DNA of 64,000 bases, taken from IMG/VR virus record IMGVR_UViG_3300028920_000022, positions 1-64,000 of that record. One strand, given 5' to 3'. Below the pieces are notes generated by a model that did not search any database, was not told where the DNA came from, and was given only the letters and a program-made list of their open reading frames with translations. Position numbers and translations under genes: made by a program. This document shows, piece after piece, positions 8,929 through 17,404 of the stretch. Position 1 is the stretch's first letter, and every line of letters starts with the position of its first letter.

Positions 8929-9215
8929 CGAACCAACCCTCTTTCCCTCAAAGTTTGATAAGCAAATTCCATCGCCTCCCCCTCGGATCCTATAAAAATA
9001 TAGTTTAACTCATCATCGTCTGTTTCGTATACACCATACAAATCGTCTTCAATCATCCGGTAATCCACCCATCTACCATCTTCTCCAGAAACAATAGACT
9101 TTAGCATTGGCTTAATATAAGCAGGACGTACACTAAAAGTACCCTTAGTATATTGGGCTTGAATTCCGCTAAAATAGTTTAATTCATTTGCAATTTGTTC
9201 AAATGGGTGGGTCAT
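8925..9215 (-). CDS. hypothetical protein
   Basis: AAGGAGG SD upstream of ATG. Confidence 0.7.
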   Translation of the reverse strand: MTHPFEQIANELNYFSGIQAQYTKGTFSVRPAYIKPMLKSIVSGEDGRWVDYRMIEDDLYGVYETDDDELNYIFIGSEGEAMEFAYQTLRERGLVR

Positions 9216-9250
9216 GATTCCTCCTTATGTCATTTAATGGTTCCTTTCGT

Positions 9251-9324
9251 TGGGGTGATCGACGGGTAACGCTCCCGCTACAACAGTGCCACAAACTGTC
9301 CGCTCACTTTTTGCGTTCGATCAC
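9251..9324 (-). tRNA. tRNA-His(GTG), C73 plus encoded CCA, no encoded G-1
   Basis: GTGATCG/CGATCAC acceptor, ACAGT-TTGTGGC-ACTGT; atypical T loop AGCGTTA. Confidence 0.85.
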
Positions 9325-9326
9325 AG

Positions 9327-9399
9327 CTCCCCGAGTTGAGATTCGAACTCACGACCACGCGGTTAACAGCCGCGCGCTCTACCACTGAGCTATCGGGGA
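9327..9399 (-). tRNA. tRNA-Asn(GTT)
   Basis: TCCCCGA/TCGGGGA acceptor, loop CTGTTAA, canonical D and T arms. Confidence 0.95.
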
Positions 9400-9406
9400 A
9401 TATTCT

Positions 9407-9751
9407 TCATTCTATCACTTCTTTTATTATTACCTCCTTACAACTGCATTTTACTAGTGTATTTAAATTGTCAAAATCTTTTTTACTAAAATATCCATAC
9501 GCAGTGAAAACAGATTTCTTAAAACCAAATGTACTGTTTATGTAATCCCAAGTTGTTTCTATTTTTAGATTCAGATCATTGCTTTCCAAAACTTCTTCAA
9601 CAAAATTAATTTTTGATCTTAATCCGCGCATATCGTACAATTTAGCTAAATTCGTCAAATAAAACCCTACACCTCGGCAGCATAAACATCTGTAATATAC
9701 TGCAGGACCTGAAACGTGGTCTAAAATTAGTTTATGATTCTTATCTATCAT
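9407..9751 (-). CDS. ZnF-IIE family protein
   Basis: NHKL..CLCC..SCKEVIIKEVIE. Confidence 0.75.
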   Translation of the reverse strand: MIDKNHKLILDHVSGPAVYYRCLCCRGVGFYLTNLAKLYDMRGLRSKINFVEEVLESNDLNLKIETTWDYINSTFGFKKSVFTAYGYFSKKDFDNLNTLVKCSCKEVIIKEVIE

Positions 9752-9762
9752 AGTGTTTCCAG

Positions 9763-9835
9763 TGGTACGGGTCGGAGTCGAACCAACGACGCTCGCCTCT
9801 TCGGGGCGACGCTCTACCTGCTGAGCTACCGTACC
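9763..9835 (-). tRNA. tRNA-Phe(GAA)
   Basis: GGTACGG/CCGTACC acceptor, TCGCC-CCGAAGA-GGCGA (C33, G37). Confidence 0.85.
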
Positions 9836-9880
9836 ATGATTGTTTTATACGCATGTTTTTGTGTTATCTCCTAACTTTAG

Positions 9881-9955
9881 CGCCCATACCGAAATTCGAA
9901 TTCGGGATCTCTTGATTGACAATCAAGCGTCTTAACCTAGCTGGACCATATGGGC
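9881..9955 (-). tRNA. tRNA-Asp(GTC)
   Basis: GCCCATA/TATGGGC acceptor, CTTGA-TTGTCAA-TCAAG. Confidence 0.9.
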
Positions 9956-9956
9956 A

Positions 9957-10034
9957 TGGCTGGGATGGCAAGGATTGAACTTGCAACCTCCAAATTCAGA
10001 GTCTGGCGCTCTGTTCCAATTGAGCTACATCCCA
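9957..10034 (-). tRNA. tRNA-Gln(CTG), encoded CCA
   Basis: TGGGATG/CATCCCA acceptor, CCAGA-CTCTGAA-TTTGG. Confidence 0.9.
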
Positions 10035-10051
10035 TTATTAACCTACTTAAA

Positions 10052-10087
10052 ACCAAAAAACCCGGCTAGCCATTTTTGCTGCCGGGT
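10052..10087 (-). terminator. intrinsic terminator (candidate attenuator) upstream of tRNA cluster
   Basis: minus strand CCCGGCAGC-AAAAATG-GCTAGCCGGG followed by TTTTTT. Confidence 0.8.
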
Positions 10088-10114
10088 CGTGCCATCGAAT
10101 TAAATTAAAAGATC

Positions 10115-10246
10115 TTAGAACCACATATCTTTTGGCACGATCTGGCTGGGCTGATTATTAAATTGCCGTGGATCGCCAGGCGCATTACAATCCAACCACT
10201 TATCCAAATGATTAAAAGAATGTAATTTTTGTGCCAAAATACTCAT
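10115..10246 (-). CDS. 43-aa candidate leader peptide
   Basis: MSILAQKLHSFNHLDKWLDCNAPGDPRQFNNQPSQIVPKDMWF, ending just before the terminator. Confidence 0.6.
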   Translation of the reverse strand: MSILAQKLHSFNHLDKWLDCNAPGDPRQFNNQPSQIVPKDMWF

Positions 10247-10368
10247 GATTGTGTCTCTATATGTTTAAATGCCTATCTGTGCTCGACTTTTTTGAAACGT
10301 TATTTAAAAGCTCCCTGTGTCCAGTATGGAAGATCATGGACACGCTATTTGCGTATCCACTGAACACA

Positions 10369-10510
10369 GGGAAAATCTAAACGATCCCCCGGTATCCGGC
10401 TCATCTGGCGGAAAAATCAGATACCAGGGGGACCAAACTAGGAAAAATTTAAGCGATCCCCCGGTATCCAATCTTGGGGGGGAAAGAAGAATACCGGGGA
10501 ACCAAACCAA
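10369..10510. repeat. two ~70-bp tandem hairpin-forming units
   Basis: GGAAAA..CGATCCCCCGGTATCC...ATACC(A)GGGG..ACCAAAC occurs twice. Confidence 0.75.
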
Positions 10511-10712
10511 CGCCAACCAACTTGAGTAGCAACAAACACCCTACAACACCACTAAACGAAGGTCAAGAAGAATCGGGAGCCGCCCAAAAATGCGGGTCCC
10601 AGACCAGCTGGGACCCTACCCTCACCGCAATGTGCAGGATGCCTATATTTATAAAGGAGCAGGACGAATTTGTCAAGCCATTTTCTCCCAGGCAATATCT
10701 AAACATATTAAC

Positions 10713-11120
10713 ATGGATCCTAGAAATTTAAACAAAATCGTACGAATGGCAGAAGATTTCGAAAAAATGGCTCAGCTCAATTCCCAGAGCGGATTAGTTA
10801 TGGATGTGCTGAAAGCTGCGAAACTAGCGTACCAACAGGGAAGAGATGTTCTACCAAGTTGGCTGCGTCCAGATCTAGAAAAGGTAAGAAGTGCTGTTCG
10901 TGTGTTTTATGGCGCGGTTCATGCCGGCAATACCAAACCACAAGAGTTGTCTAAATTCCTGGGCAATGTTGCACAACAATCAAACGCTCTTGCTTCTCGA
11001 ATTCAACAAAACGAAGACAACCCATATGCAGATCAAACGGCAATGACGGCATCTCAGATTGTGGTTCCATACCTTAACGCACTTAGTCAGTTCGCCCACA
11101 CAATGCGCCGGATGATGTGA
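10713..11120 (+). CDS. hypothetical protein, possibly virion-associated
   Basis: start corrected to MDPRNLNKIVRMAEDFEKMAQ. Confidence 0.65.
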   Translation: MDPRNLNKIVRMAEDFEKMAQLNSQSGLVMDVLKAAKLAYQQGRDVLPSWLRPDLEKVRSAVRVFYGAVHAGNTKPQELSKFLGNVAQQSNALASRIQQNEDNPYADQTAMTASQIVVPYLNALSQFAHTMRRMM

Positions 11121-11183
11121 AGATTCCAACTGATACAATCACGCCTTCAAAACCACAGCCTCGCGATGTAGCCCGGGTTCTGC

Positions 11184-11531
11184 CTACAAAGTAACATTAT
11201 AGATACAGAGCTTGCCCCAGGTTAAACTGTCCACAGGATAGGTAATACCTGGCGGACCAAACTTGTTGGCTTCAATTGTAACCGTGGCATGGGCAACAAA
11301 TATCACCACATCTGCCAAGTCACGATTATCCTCTTCCTCAAAAGAACGAATAACCATAATGCGCTGGTTTAGCTGTTTCACCTTGTCTGGATAATCTGGA
11401 TCTGCAGCAATAATAGCGTCAAATTCGCTGCCTGACATATAATCATTGATATACAGCTGTTTAACCAATGCATTTCTTACACTGGCAGTAAGATCGTTAT
11501 TAACAAAGATTATAGCGGCGGGAAGACCCAT
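11184..11531 (-). CDS. hypothetical protein
   Basis: ORF with protein-like composition. Confidence 0.7.
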   Translation of the reverse strand: MGLPAAIIFVNNDLTASVRNALVKQLYINDYMSGSEFDAIIAADPDYPDKVKQLNQRIMVIRSFEEEDNRDLADVVIFVAHATVTIEANKFGPPGITYPVDSLTWGKLCIYNVTL

Positions 11532-11533
11532 TT

Positions 11534-11995
11534 TTAGAGCGTAACCTCGAAACCTTCGTTTAACTGATCGTCAGCGTCACTGACATCTTCGGGCTTTTCT
11601 TCCTCTTTTTGTTCTTTTTGCCACTTTGAGAAGGATTCGGTAGAACCGTCTTCATGGGCTTTCATCCATTTTCCATCACACGAATAAGCAATATCCTGGT
11701 TATCTTTTACCTTAACTTCGTTGGCTCCGACCATATCCATTTTCTTCATAATTTCGTAACAAGCCAAGATAGCTTCTCGTGAGGATTCTACACCTTCTCG
11801 GTATTCGTCTGCTAGCTGAGTAAGATTAGACAGGTTACTTTCGGCGTCCTGCAATTTTGCTTTAAGATCCGAATAGGTTTTTTTAATCTTTCCCAAGTGT
11901 TTTTCTACACTTTTACGGGAGTGTTTACCATTCAGTTTTTCTGGTCTTTTAGCCGCCAATGAGATAAGAATACGTTTTCTTTGGATAGATTTCAT
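11534..11995 (-). CDS. coiled-coil hypothetical protein
   Basis: heptad-rich centre, acidic C-terminus. Confidence 0.7.
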   Translation of the reverse strand: MKSIQRKRILISLAAKRPEKLNGKHSRKSVEKHLGKIKKTYSDLKAKLQDAESNLSNLTQLADEYREGVESSREAILACYEIMKKMDMVGANEVKVKDNQDIAYSCDGKWMKAHEDGSTESFSKWQKEQKEEEKPEDVSDADDQLNEGFEVTL

Positions 11996-12085
11996 AAAAA
12001 GCCTAAAAATAACAATCTTATCTGTATGCGGCGATATTACCCTGGAATTTTGTCGATGACAGCGCTGAGAATGACCGAGCTATAT

Positions 12086-12505
12086 ATGGCAAAAATAGAC
12101 CCAAAGAAAATGGAAGCCTTTATCAAAAAGAGTTTGAATCAAGTTTTGGCGCCATTTTGTGGAGAAAAACTAACAGAAACAACCGAAGATATTATTAGAC
12201 ACCAGCTGATAAACAAACTACAAACCCTAAAAACGGCTAGAACAATAGATGATTTTGATATTCGTGGAATTAGTTTTTCAGATGATGGGCGTGTAGATGT
12301 TTCTTGTGATATCCAACCCAGCATTCTTGGCTGCGAACTTCTATCCCCAGAAAATTATGTTACACATGACTGGGTGGATGATTGTGTTATCAAGCGATGT
12401 CATACCTGTGGTTTGGTTATTCAAATAAATGATGGAGAATATTTGGTATCTATTGGAGACAATTTGAGCTGCCAAGAATATGCTATCAGAGAAATAATCG
12501 AGTGA
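12086..12505 (+). CDS. ZnF-IIE module fused to a tail-sheath-C-like domain
   Basis: start MAKIDPKK; HDW..CHTCG..SCQEYAIREIIE; sheath resemblance judged by eye only. Confidence 0.65.
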   Translation: MAKIDPKKMEAFIKKSLNQVLAPFCGEKLTETTEDIIRHQLINKLQTLKTARTIDDFDIRGISFSDDGRVDVSCDIQPSILGCELLSPENYVTHDWVDDCVIKRCHTCGLVIQINDGEYLVSIGDNLSCQEYAIREIIE

Positions 12506-13086
12506 AAATATCATCCAGAAAAATTAGAAAAGTTCCTTACGAAGCACGCAAAGAATTAATTAAATGCATGGAAGGAAACGAGTTTGATGTAGAAGCCAGC
12601 GCTTTGCTTAATGATTTTCCGGATACCGATCATTCTGACTTAATATTGGTGGCGGCAGAAAAGAAAGAAAAGAATTTTCTATTGAGGCTTCTTGAAAACC
12701 CAAAAACCGATATAATAAGTGTGGTTACGGTACTTGTGGGATATCAGTTGGTGGGTAGAAGCAGTATTAGTATTTTATATGATTTGAAAAAGCATCATTT
12801 GCGCAATCCGGCTCTACCGGAAGCTTTTAGGATAATGGAAGATTATATAGTTGAGTGTTATGAGCGCGCGGCTCATCAACCATATCCTTCGCCATATAAC
12901 TACTACGCCCTGACCTTCTTTTTCGAACAAAATATTCCTCATCGAGATGAGAAAAAACTTATCCGAGCATTATTTTCAACTCCTGCTGGTGTAGAGTGGG
13001 TGCGCAGATTCGCGATAAAACTTCCCGTTCAGGATCCGCTGCGAAAATTTATAGATAATATGATGGCTATTTACGACATTATCTAG
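12502..13086 (+). CDS. helical hypothetical protein with IIE-like tail
   Basis: GTGA-coupled, ends MAIYDII. Confidence 0.65.
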   Translation: MKISSRKIRKVPYEARKELIKCMEGNEFDVEASALLNDFPDTDHSDLILVAAEKKEKNFLLRLLENPKTDIISVVTVLVGYQLVGRSSISILYDLKKHHLRNPALPEAFRIMEDYIVECYERAAHQPYPSPYNYYALTFFFEQNIPHRDEKKLIRALFSTPAGVEWVRRFAIKLPVQDPLRKFIDNMMAIYDII

Positions 13087-13107
13087 CGTTAACAAGACAT
13101 TAAAGTA

Positions 13108-14631
13108 ATGTCTTCTTTTGGTGGAATTAGTACAGTTTCAACTAATGAAGTTGAAGAGTTACAGGAATCTGTTGCGGAAATACAATCCGTGGTTACACCC
13201 ACAACGTTAGATTACAATTCTGTTATAACGTTATCCCAATCCGGAAGCATGATATATAATGGTGCAGATACTTCTGTAGAGCTTTCTGCCCTACCTCCTC
13301 ATGTACCGGGAGCAACTTTGGTAATTCTTTTTCCGTCGGGAACAATTACTGGAGATAACACTGTTACATTAGCTGATTCTCTAAATCCACCAGCTTCTGT
13401 CGCAAATGGAGAAATATTCGATTCTAGTTTGCATTATCGGGTTTGGGTTACTGCCGTATCCACTACTATGGTGGTATCTACAGTAACGGTATGTGTTGAT
13501 ACTGATTTTATAAATCCAACTATAACTGATGCCGCAATCGATGGTTATGTTGATATAATCGATGTCACTTTTTCAGAATCAGTTAATTGGTTAAATGCCT
13601 CGGGATTTAGTATTGCCAACCACACTATCGACAGTATTAGTGGATCTGGCACCGATTGGTCTATACAATTAGTAGACCCATTTTCGGTAGATGAAAGTCG
13701 TTCTTTAGTGTGGACTAGTGATAACACCGTATATGATTTAGCTTCCAATCAATTATTAGCGTCATCTATTGCGATAACGAATACACTAGGATACCCCACT
13801 ATAAGTTCCGCTGAAGTTACCGATGATGCACTGACCATTGTTTTTTCAGAAGCTGTTGATGTTACAGGTGTTACTGGATTAACTCTTGTTGGAACTTCGG
13901 CAGTTTTTGCCTCGGTTACTAGTGGAAGTGGAACAACTACGGTTATATTTGCTTTGGATACCCCTGTTGATGAAGCGGACACCATAACATTAACAATAAC
14001 AACCCCTAATGACATAGAGTCTTCTATTTCTGGGGTCTCACTTCAGGCGGCGTCCGGAATTAGCGTAATAAATAATACTACCAGTTATATTTGGCAAGAT
14101 ACTTTTGATGTTGATGATGGAAGTTGGCACGCGCTTAATTCTGCAGTATTTACTATAGCTGGTGGTGTATTAAATAGGTCTGATGTTGGTGGTTATAGAA
14201 TTGTGTACAACGATACTGATGTAACACTTCCAGCTGCGTATACTGTCACAGCTACAGTACCTCATAGCACATTAAGCACTAATTATTGGGGATTAGCGGC
14301 ATTGTTTGATTCCGGAGATAATAGCGGAATTCGTGTCATTGTAACAAATCCGTCAAATGTTATCACTGCCGGAAGCTCTACAGATTGGAATAATGGTGAT
14401 GTGGAGGTTACAGTAACCGGAGGTTTCCCGGCATCTTGGAGCACAGATCAGAATCATACTTTTGGGTTTACAGTGAATGCCGATGGAAGTTGCATTATAT
14501 TGCTGGATGGTTTTGAGTATGGTACTTTTACTTGTACTAATAACCAGGGGGAAACGGGGTTAGGTATAGCTATCGTGGGTGAAGGTAACGACCGTGATTG
14601 GCTTAGCATAGAAGTTACCTCAATAAGTTAA
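13108..14631 (+). CDS. virion surface/fibre protein with Ig-like repeats and lectin-like C-terminal domain
   Basis: S/T/V/D-rich beta composition, repeated PTI..A.....vtFSE.V; WQDTF..W start of beta-sandwich. Confidence 0.65.
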   Translation: MSSFGGISTVSTNEVEELQESVAEIQSVVTPTTLDYNSVITLSQSGSMIYNGADTSVELSALPPHVPGATLVILFPSGTITGDNTVTLADSLNPPASVANGEIFDSSLHYRVWVTAVSTTMVVSTVTVCVDTDFINPTITDAAIDGYVDIIDVTFSESVNWLNASGFSIANHTIDSISGSGTDWSIQLVDPFSVDESRSLVWTSDNTVYDLASNQLLASSIAITNTLGYPTISSAEVTDDALTIVFSEAVDVTGVTGLTLVGTSAVFASVTSGSGTTTVIFALDTPVDEADTITLTITTPNDIESSISGVSLQAASGISVINNTTSYIWQDTFDVDDGSWHALNSAVFTIAGGVLNRSDVGGYRIVYNDTDVTLPAAYTVTATVPHSTLSTNYWGLAALFDSGDNSGIRVIVTNPSNVITAGSSTDWNNGDVEVTVTGGFPASWSTDQNHTFGFTVNADGSCIILLDGFEYGTFTCTNNQGETGLGIAIVGEGNDRDWLSIEVTSIS

Positions 14632-14633
14632 TT

Positions 14634-15653
14634 ATGTCACTTTTGCCATTTATCTCTTCTATACAAATAGAAAATAATTCAATCGTGTTTATAACGGAGG
14701 GAAGTAGCTTTTCTCCTATAATCAATATAGAGGGCGGAGCGGATGTTCTTTGGAGGTTTCCCGGAAATATTACATCCAATAGCACAACTCCAACTGTTGA
14801 TTTCGGTTCATCAGCCACTAGACGCACAGAACTTGCTGTTAGCCCATTTTCCGCATTACAATCAATTAATGTTGGATATGATGGTGATGATGGCGGTAGT
14901 TCCTCAACTGTGCAACCTGATCTTATGGATTTACTTTCACAACAAAACGTTTCATCGATAACTGGTTTAGATAAAGCCACCAACTTACTAGCATTGATGT
15001 GTTCAAATAACCCTATAACGTCAATAGATTTAAGTAATTTATTGTTTCTGGAGCGGTTTGAGGCGTATAATGCCTCTTTAACTACGTTAACAACAGCATT
15101 GCCGTCATTAAAGCGTCTTTGTATTGAAAATAATTCTATTACTGGTACGCTAGACCTAGGCGCCATGACTGATATAGAAGATATTCGTGCAGCCTCAAAT
15201 TCTTTTGATTCTATTATCTGGCCAGAGGAAGAGTTATCATCTCTATGGCACATTTGTATTAGAGAAATGCCAAATTTAGATGAATCAGATTTCCCACCAA
15301 TGTCTCAAATTCCAGCAATTAGTCAATTGTGGATATCTGAAAATAATATTTCAGGCGCATACTCATTATCTGGGGCGTTTCCTGAAGGTCGTAACGGAAG
15401 TGTTTGGTTATATGGAAACCCCATAACAGAGGTAGATCTTACTGATTGTCCTGGTTTGATTCAAGCTAATTTACGTAACATGTCTTTAGATCAAGATGCC
15501 GTAGATTATGTATTAATAACTCTAGCTGGTTATGGTTACGACGGTGGCGGAAGCTATGTATACGTAAATGGTAACACCGCCCCATCGGCTGCAGGATTAG
15601 AAGCCGTAGATACTTTAGAAGGGCTAGGGTGGACTGTTTTAGTCAGTCCGTGA
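14634..15653 (+). CDS. leucine-rich repeat protein
   Basis: repeated LxxLxxxNNxI (LLALMCSNNPITSIDLS, LKRLCIENNSITGTLDL, ISQLWISENNIS). Confidence 0.8.
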   Translation: MSLLPFISSIQIENNSIVFITEGSSFSPIINIEGGADVLWRFPGNITSNSTTPTVDFGSSATRRTELAVSPFSALQSINVGYDGDDGGSSSTVQPDLMDLLSQQNVSSITGLDKATNLLALMCSNNPITSIDLSNLLFLERFEAYNASLTTLTTALPSLKRLCIENNSITGTLDLGAMTDIEDIRAASNSFDSIIWPEEELSSLWHICIREMPNLDESDFPPMSQIPAISQLWISENNISGAYSLSGAFPEGRNGSVWLYGNPITEVDLTDCPGLIQANLRNMSLDQDAVDYVLITLAGYGYDGGGSYVYVNGNTAPSAAGLEAVDTLEGLGWTVLVSP

Positions 15654-16422
15654 TGTCATCATCAGCGTCAACAATCCTATCCTCGCTACTGTATAGATTG
15701 GATTTTGTTACACCCCTGCGTCTGTTGTCAAAATAGCTACCGTAGGCATCGTTAGTCATAGCGGTGCCTCTGGTTACACTTTGGGCGTTTGCGGCAAACT
15801 TTAGCATGTTTCCTTTGGAAATTCCCGTGCTGTCAGACAGCGCCGCCAAATCAATGTTGGCGCCCATTACAGAAAATGTCCAACGGTCTGTTGCTTTCAG
15901 CCGAGAAATCATACCAGAAACATCTTCGTTGGTAAATGTCTTGGATGAATTCTCCTGCCCATCAGTAATGATTAACATTAGAACGGCAACCTGAGGTTCG
16001 TTGATATCTGGTAAATCCTCAAGTTTACGAATAGTAGAACAAACCGCATCATAGAATGCTGTCATTCCACTAGGCTCGTAATCCTTTTGCTCTAATGTTG
16101 GTAATTGGTCTACATCTTCATCAAACTTAACGAAATTCACATCATGGTTGAAGATGGTGAGACAAATTCTGGTTTCTAAGTCTTGGGATTCTTTCTGAAT
16201 TCTTTTTACCTGTTCGTTGAAGGATGTTCGAGCTTCTTCCTGAAGTGTGCCCATAGAACCGCTTTTATCCAGAACTATGGCAACGTATGTTTTTGTAGCT
16301 TTGAAGGTTTTTTCTGGATCCTTCTTGGGCTTATCTTTCTTTTTTGGCATTTTCTTTTTTCTCTTTTTGGTTGTCTTTTTTGTTGAACGATTTCTATGAT
16401 TAATTTTTAGAGGTGTTCTCAT
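15643..16422 (-). CDS. von Willebrand factor A domain protein
   Basis: MIDAS: VLDKSGSM, GMTAFYDAV, IITDGQENSS. Confidence 0.9.
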   Translation of the reverse strand: MRTPLKINHRNRSTKKTTKKRKKKMPKKKDKPKKDPEKTFKATKTYVAIVLDKSGSMGTLQEEARTSFNEQVKRIQKESQDLETRICLTIFNHDVNFVKFDEDVDQLPTLEQKDYEPSGMTAFYDAVCSTIRKLEDLPDINEPQVAVLMLIITDGQENSSKTFTNEDVSGMISRLKATDRWTFSVMGANIDLAALSDSTGISKGNMLKFAANAQSVTRGTAMTNDAYGSYFDNRRRGVTKSNLYSSEDRIVDADDDITD

Positions 16423-17000
16423 CTAAGTCCATGTGTTTTCATAAAGGTATGACACGTTTCATTATCAAATATTCCGCTATACTTTTTGAATATAAAATGT
16501 CCCAATTCATGTGCTAACGCAGTATCATCTAAATTATCTTTGTATCCCACAACTACCGCATCGCCCATCGCAAACCCTGCCAGTTTTCCCAGCCTGTCAT
16601 GTTTAATTGGGAACCTTTTGAACACAACAAATAAATCGTCAATTGCGTTTTCACACATTGTTTGGTATTTCTTAGGATAATTTATTTTAGAAAGTGCAAA
16701 GTTCCAAGAATTGATTGTACTCGTAGTGACGTTTTCTACATCATCCTTTAAGACTGGGAACCCGTTTGTTATTATATGCAAATTATGTTTTGTGGTATAG
16801 GTTATGGTGCTAACAAACTTCCATCTATATGCAACAAAAGCCAAAAATACACTAGCAAAGACAATCGACAATACTATTAATAATGCTAGTGGCTCCCCTC
16901 TGAGTCCATTAAAATAACCGTACATGGTTATTGCGGTTGAAATAATTGCTGGGACTAGAAATGTTAAATCCAGCGGTCTTACTACAGATAATTTATTCAT
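16419..17000 (-). CDS. membrane-anchored HExxH metallopeptidase-like protein
   Basis: two TM helices, ALAHELGH..H. Confidence 0.6.
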   Translation of the reverse strand: MNKLSVVRPLDLTFLVPAIISTAITMYGYFNGLRGEPLALLIVLSIVFASVFLAFVAYRWKFVSTITYTTKHNLHIITNGFPVLKDDVENVTTSTINSWNFALSKINYPKKYQTMCENAIDDLFVVFKRFPIKHDRLGKLAGFAMGDAVVVGYKDNLDDTALAHELGHFIFKKYSGIFDNETCHTFMKTHGLR

Positions 17001-17404
17001 TCTATTATTTCCTTAATATTAAGCTCTGTATATTCTTTCTCTAAAAGTTTATACAAATCGTGGTCAACTATAATTTTATGTTTTTCTTTGAATTCGAATG
17101 GAATATCTGCGTTAGGAAATTTTGGATTATTTTCAAAAGAATGAAATAATTGACAAGCGGTTCCTTGACCAACCAATACTCTCCATATATAATATTCGTT
17201 TTTGTATTCTAAATATAATCTGGCGTCATAAAACATATCCGAACAATCGTCTAATTGGTTTTGATATGTTTTGTGAAAATATTCCCATAGTACTAAAAAC
17301 TCACTTTGGGAAAATGGATAATCATTCGGGTAGTATGCCATAGATTCATCATCTATCACGCCATACTTTTTAGCATATTCGAAAATCTGATCTACAATAT
17401 TCAC
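16997..17404 (-). CDS. IIE-tail protein without zinc finger
   Basis: ends ELNIKEIIE. Confidence 0.7.
   Translation of the reverse strand: MNIVDQIFEYAKKYGVIDDESMAYYPNDYPFSQSEFLVLWEYFHKTYQNQLDDCSDMFYDARLYLEYKNEYYIWRVLVGQGTACQLFHSFENNPKFPNADIPFEFKEKHKIIVDHDLYKLLEKEYTELNIKEIIE

Noticed and set aside
7664-9545. Plus-strand ORFs 7664-8011, 7906-8181 and 9336-9545
   Set aside because: Antisense to tRNA genes and real CDSs.
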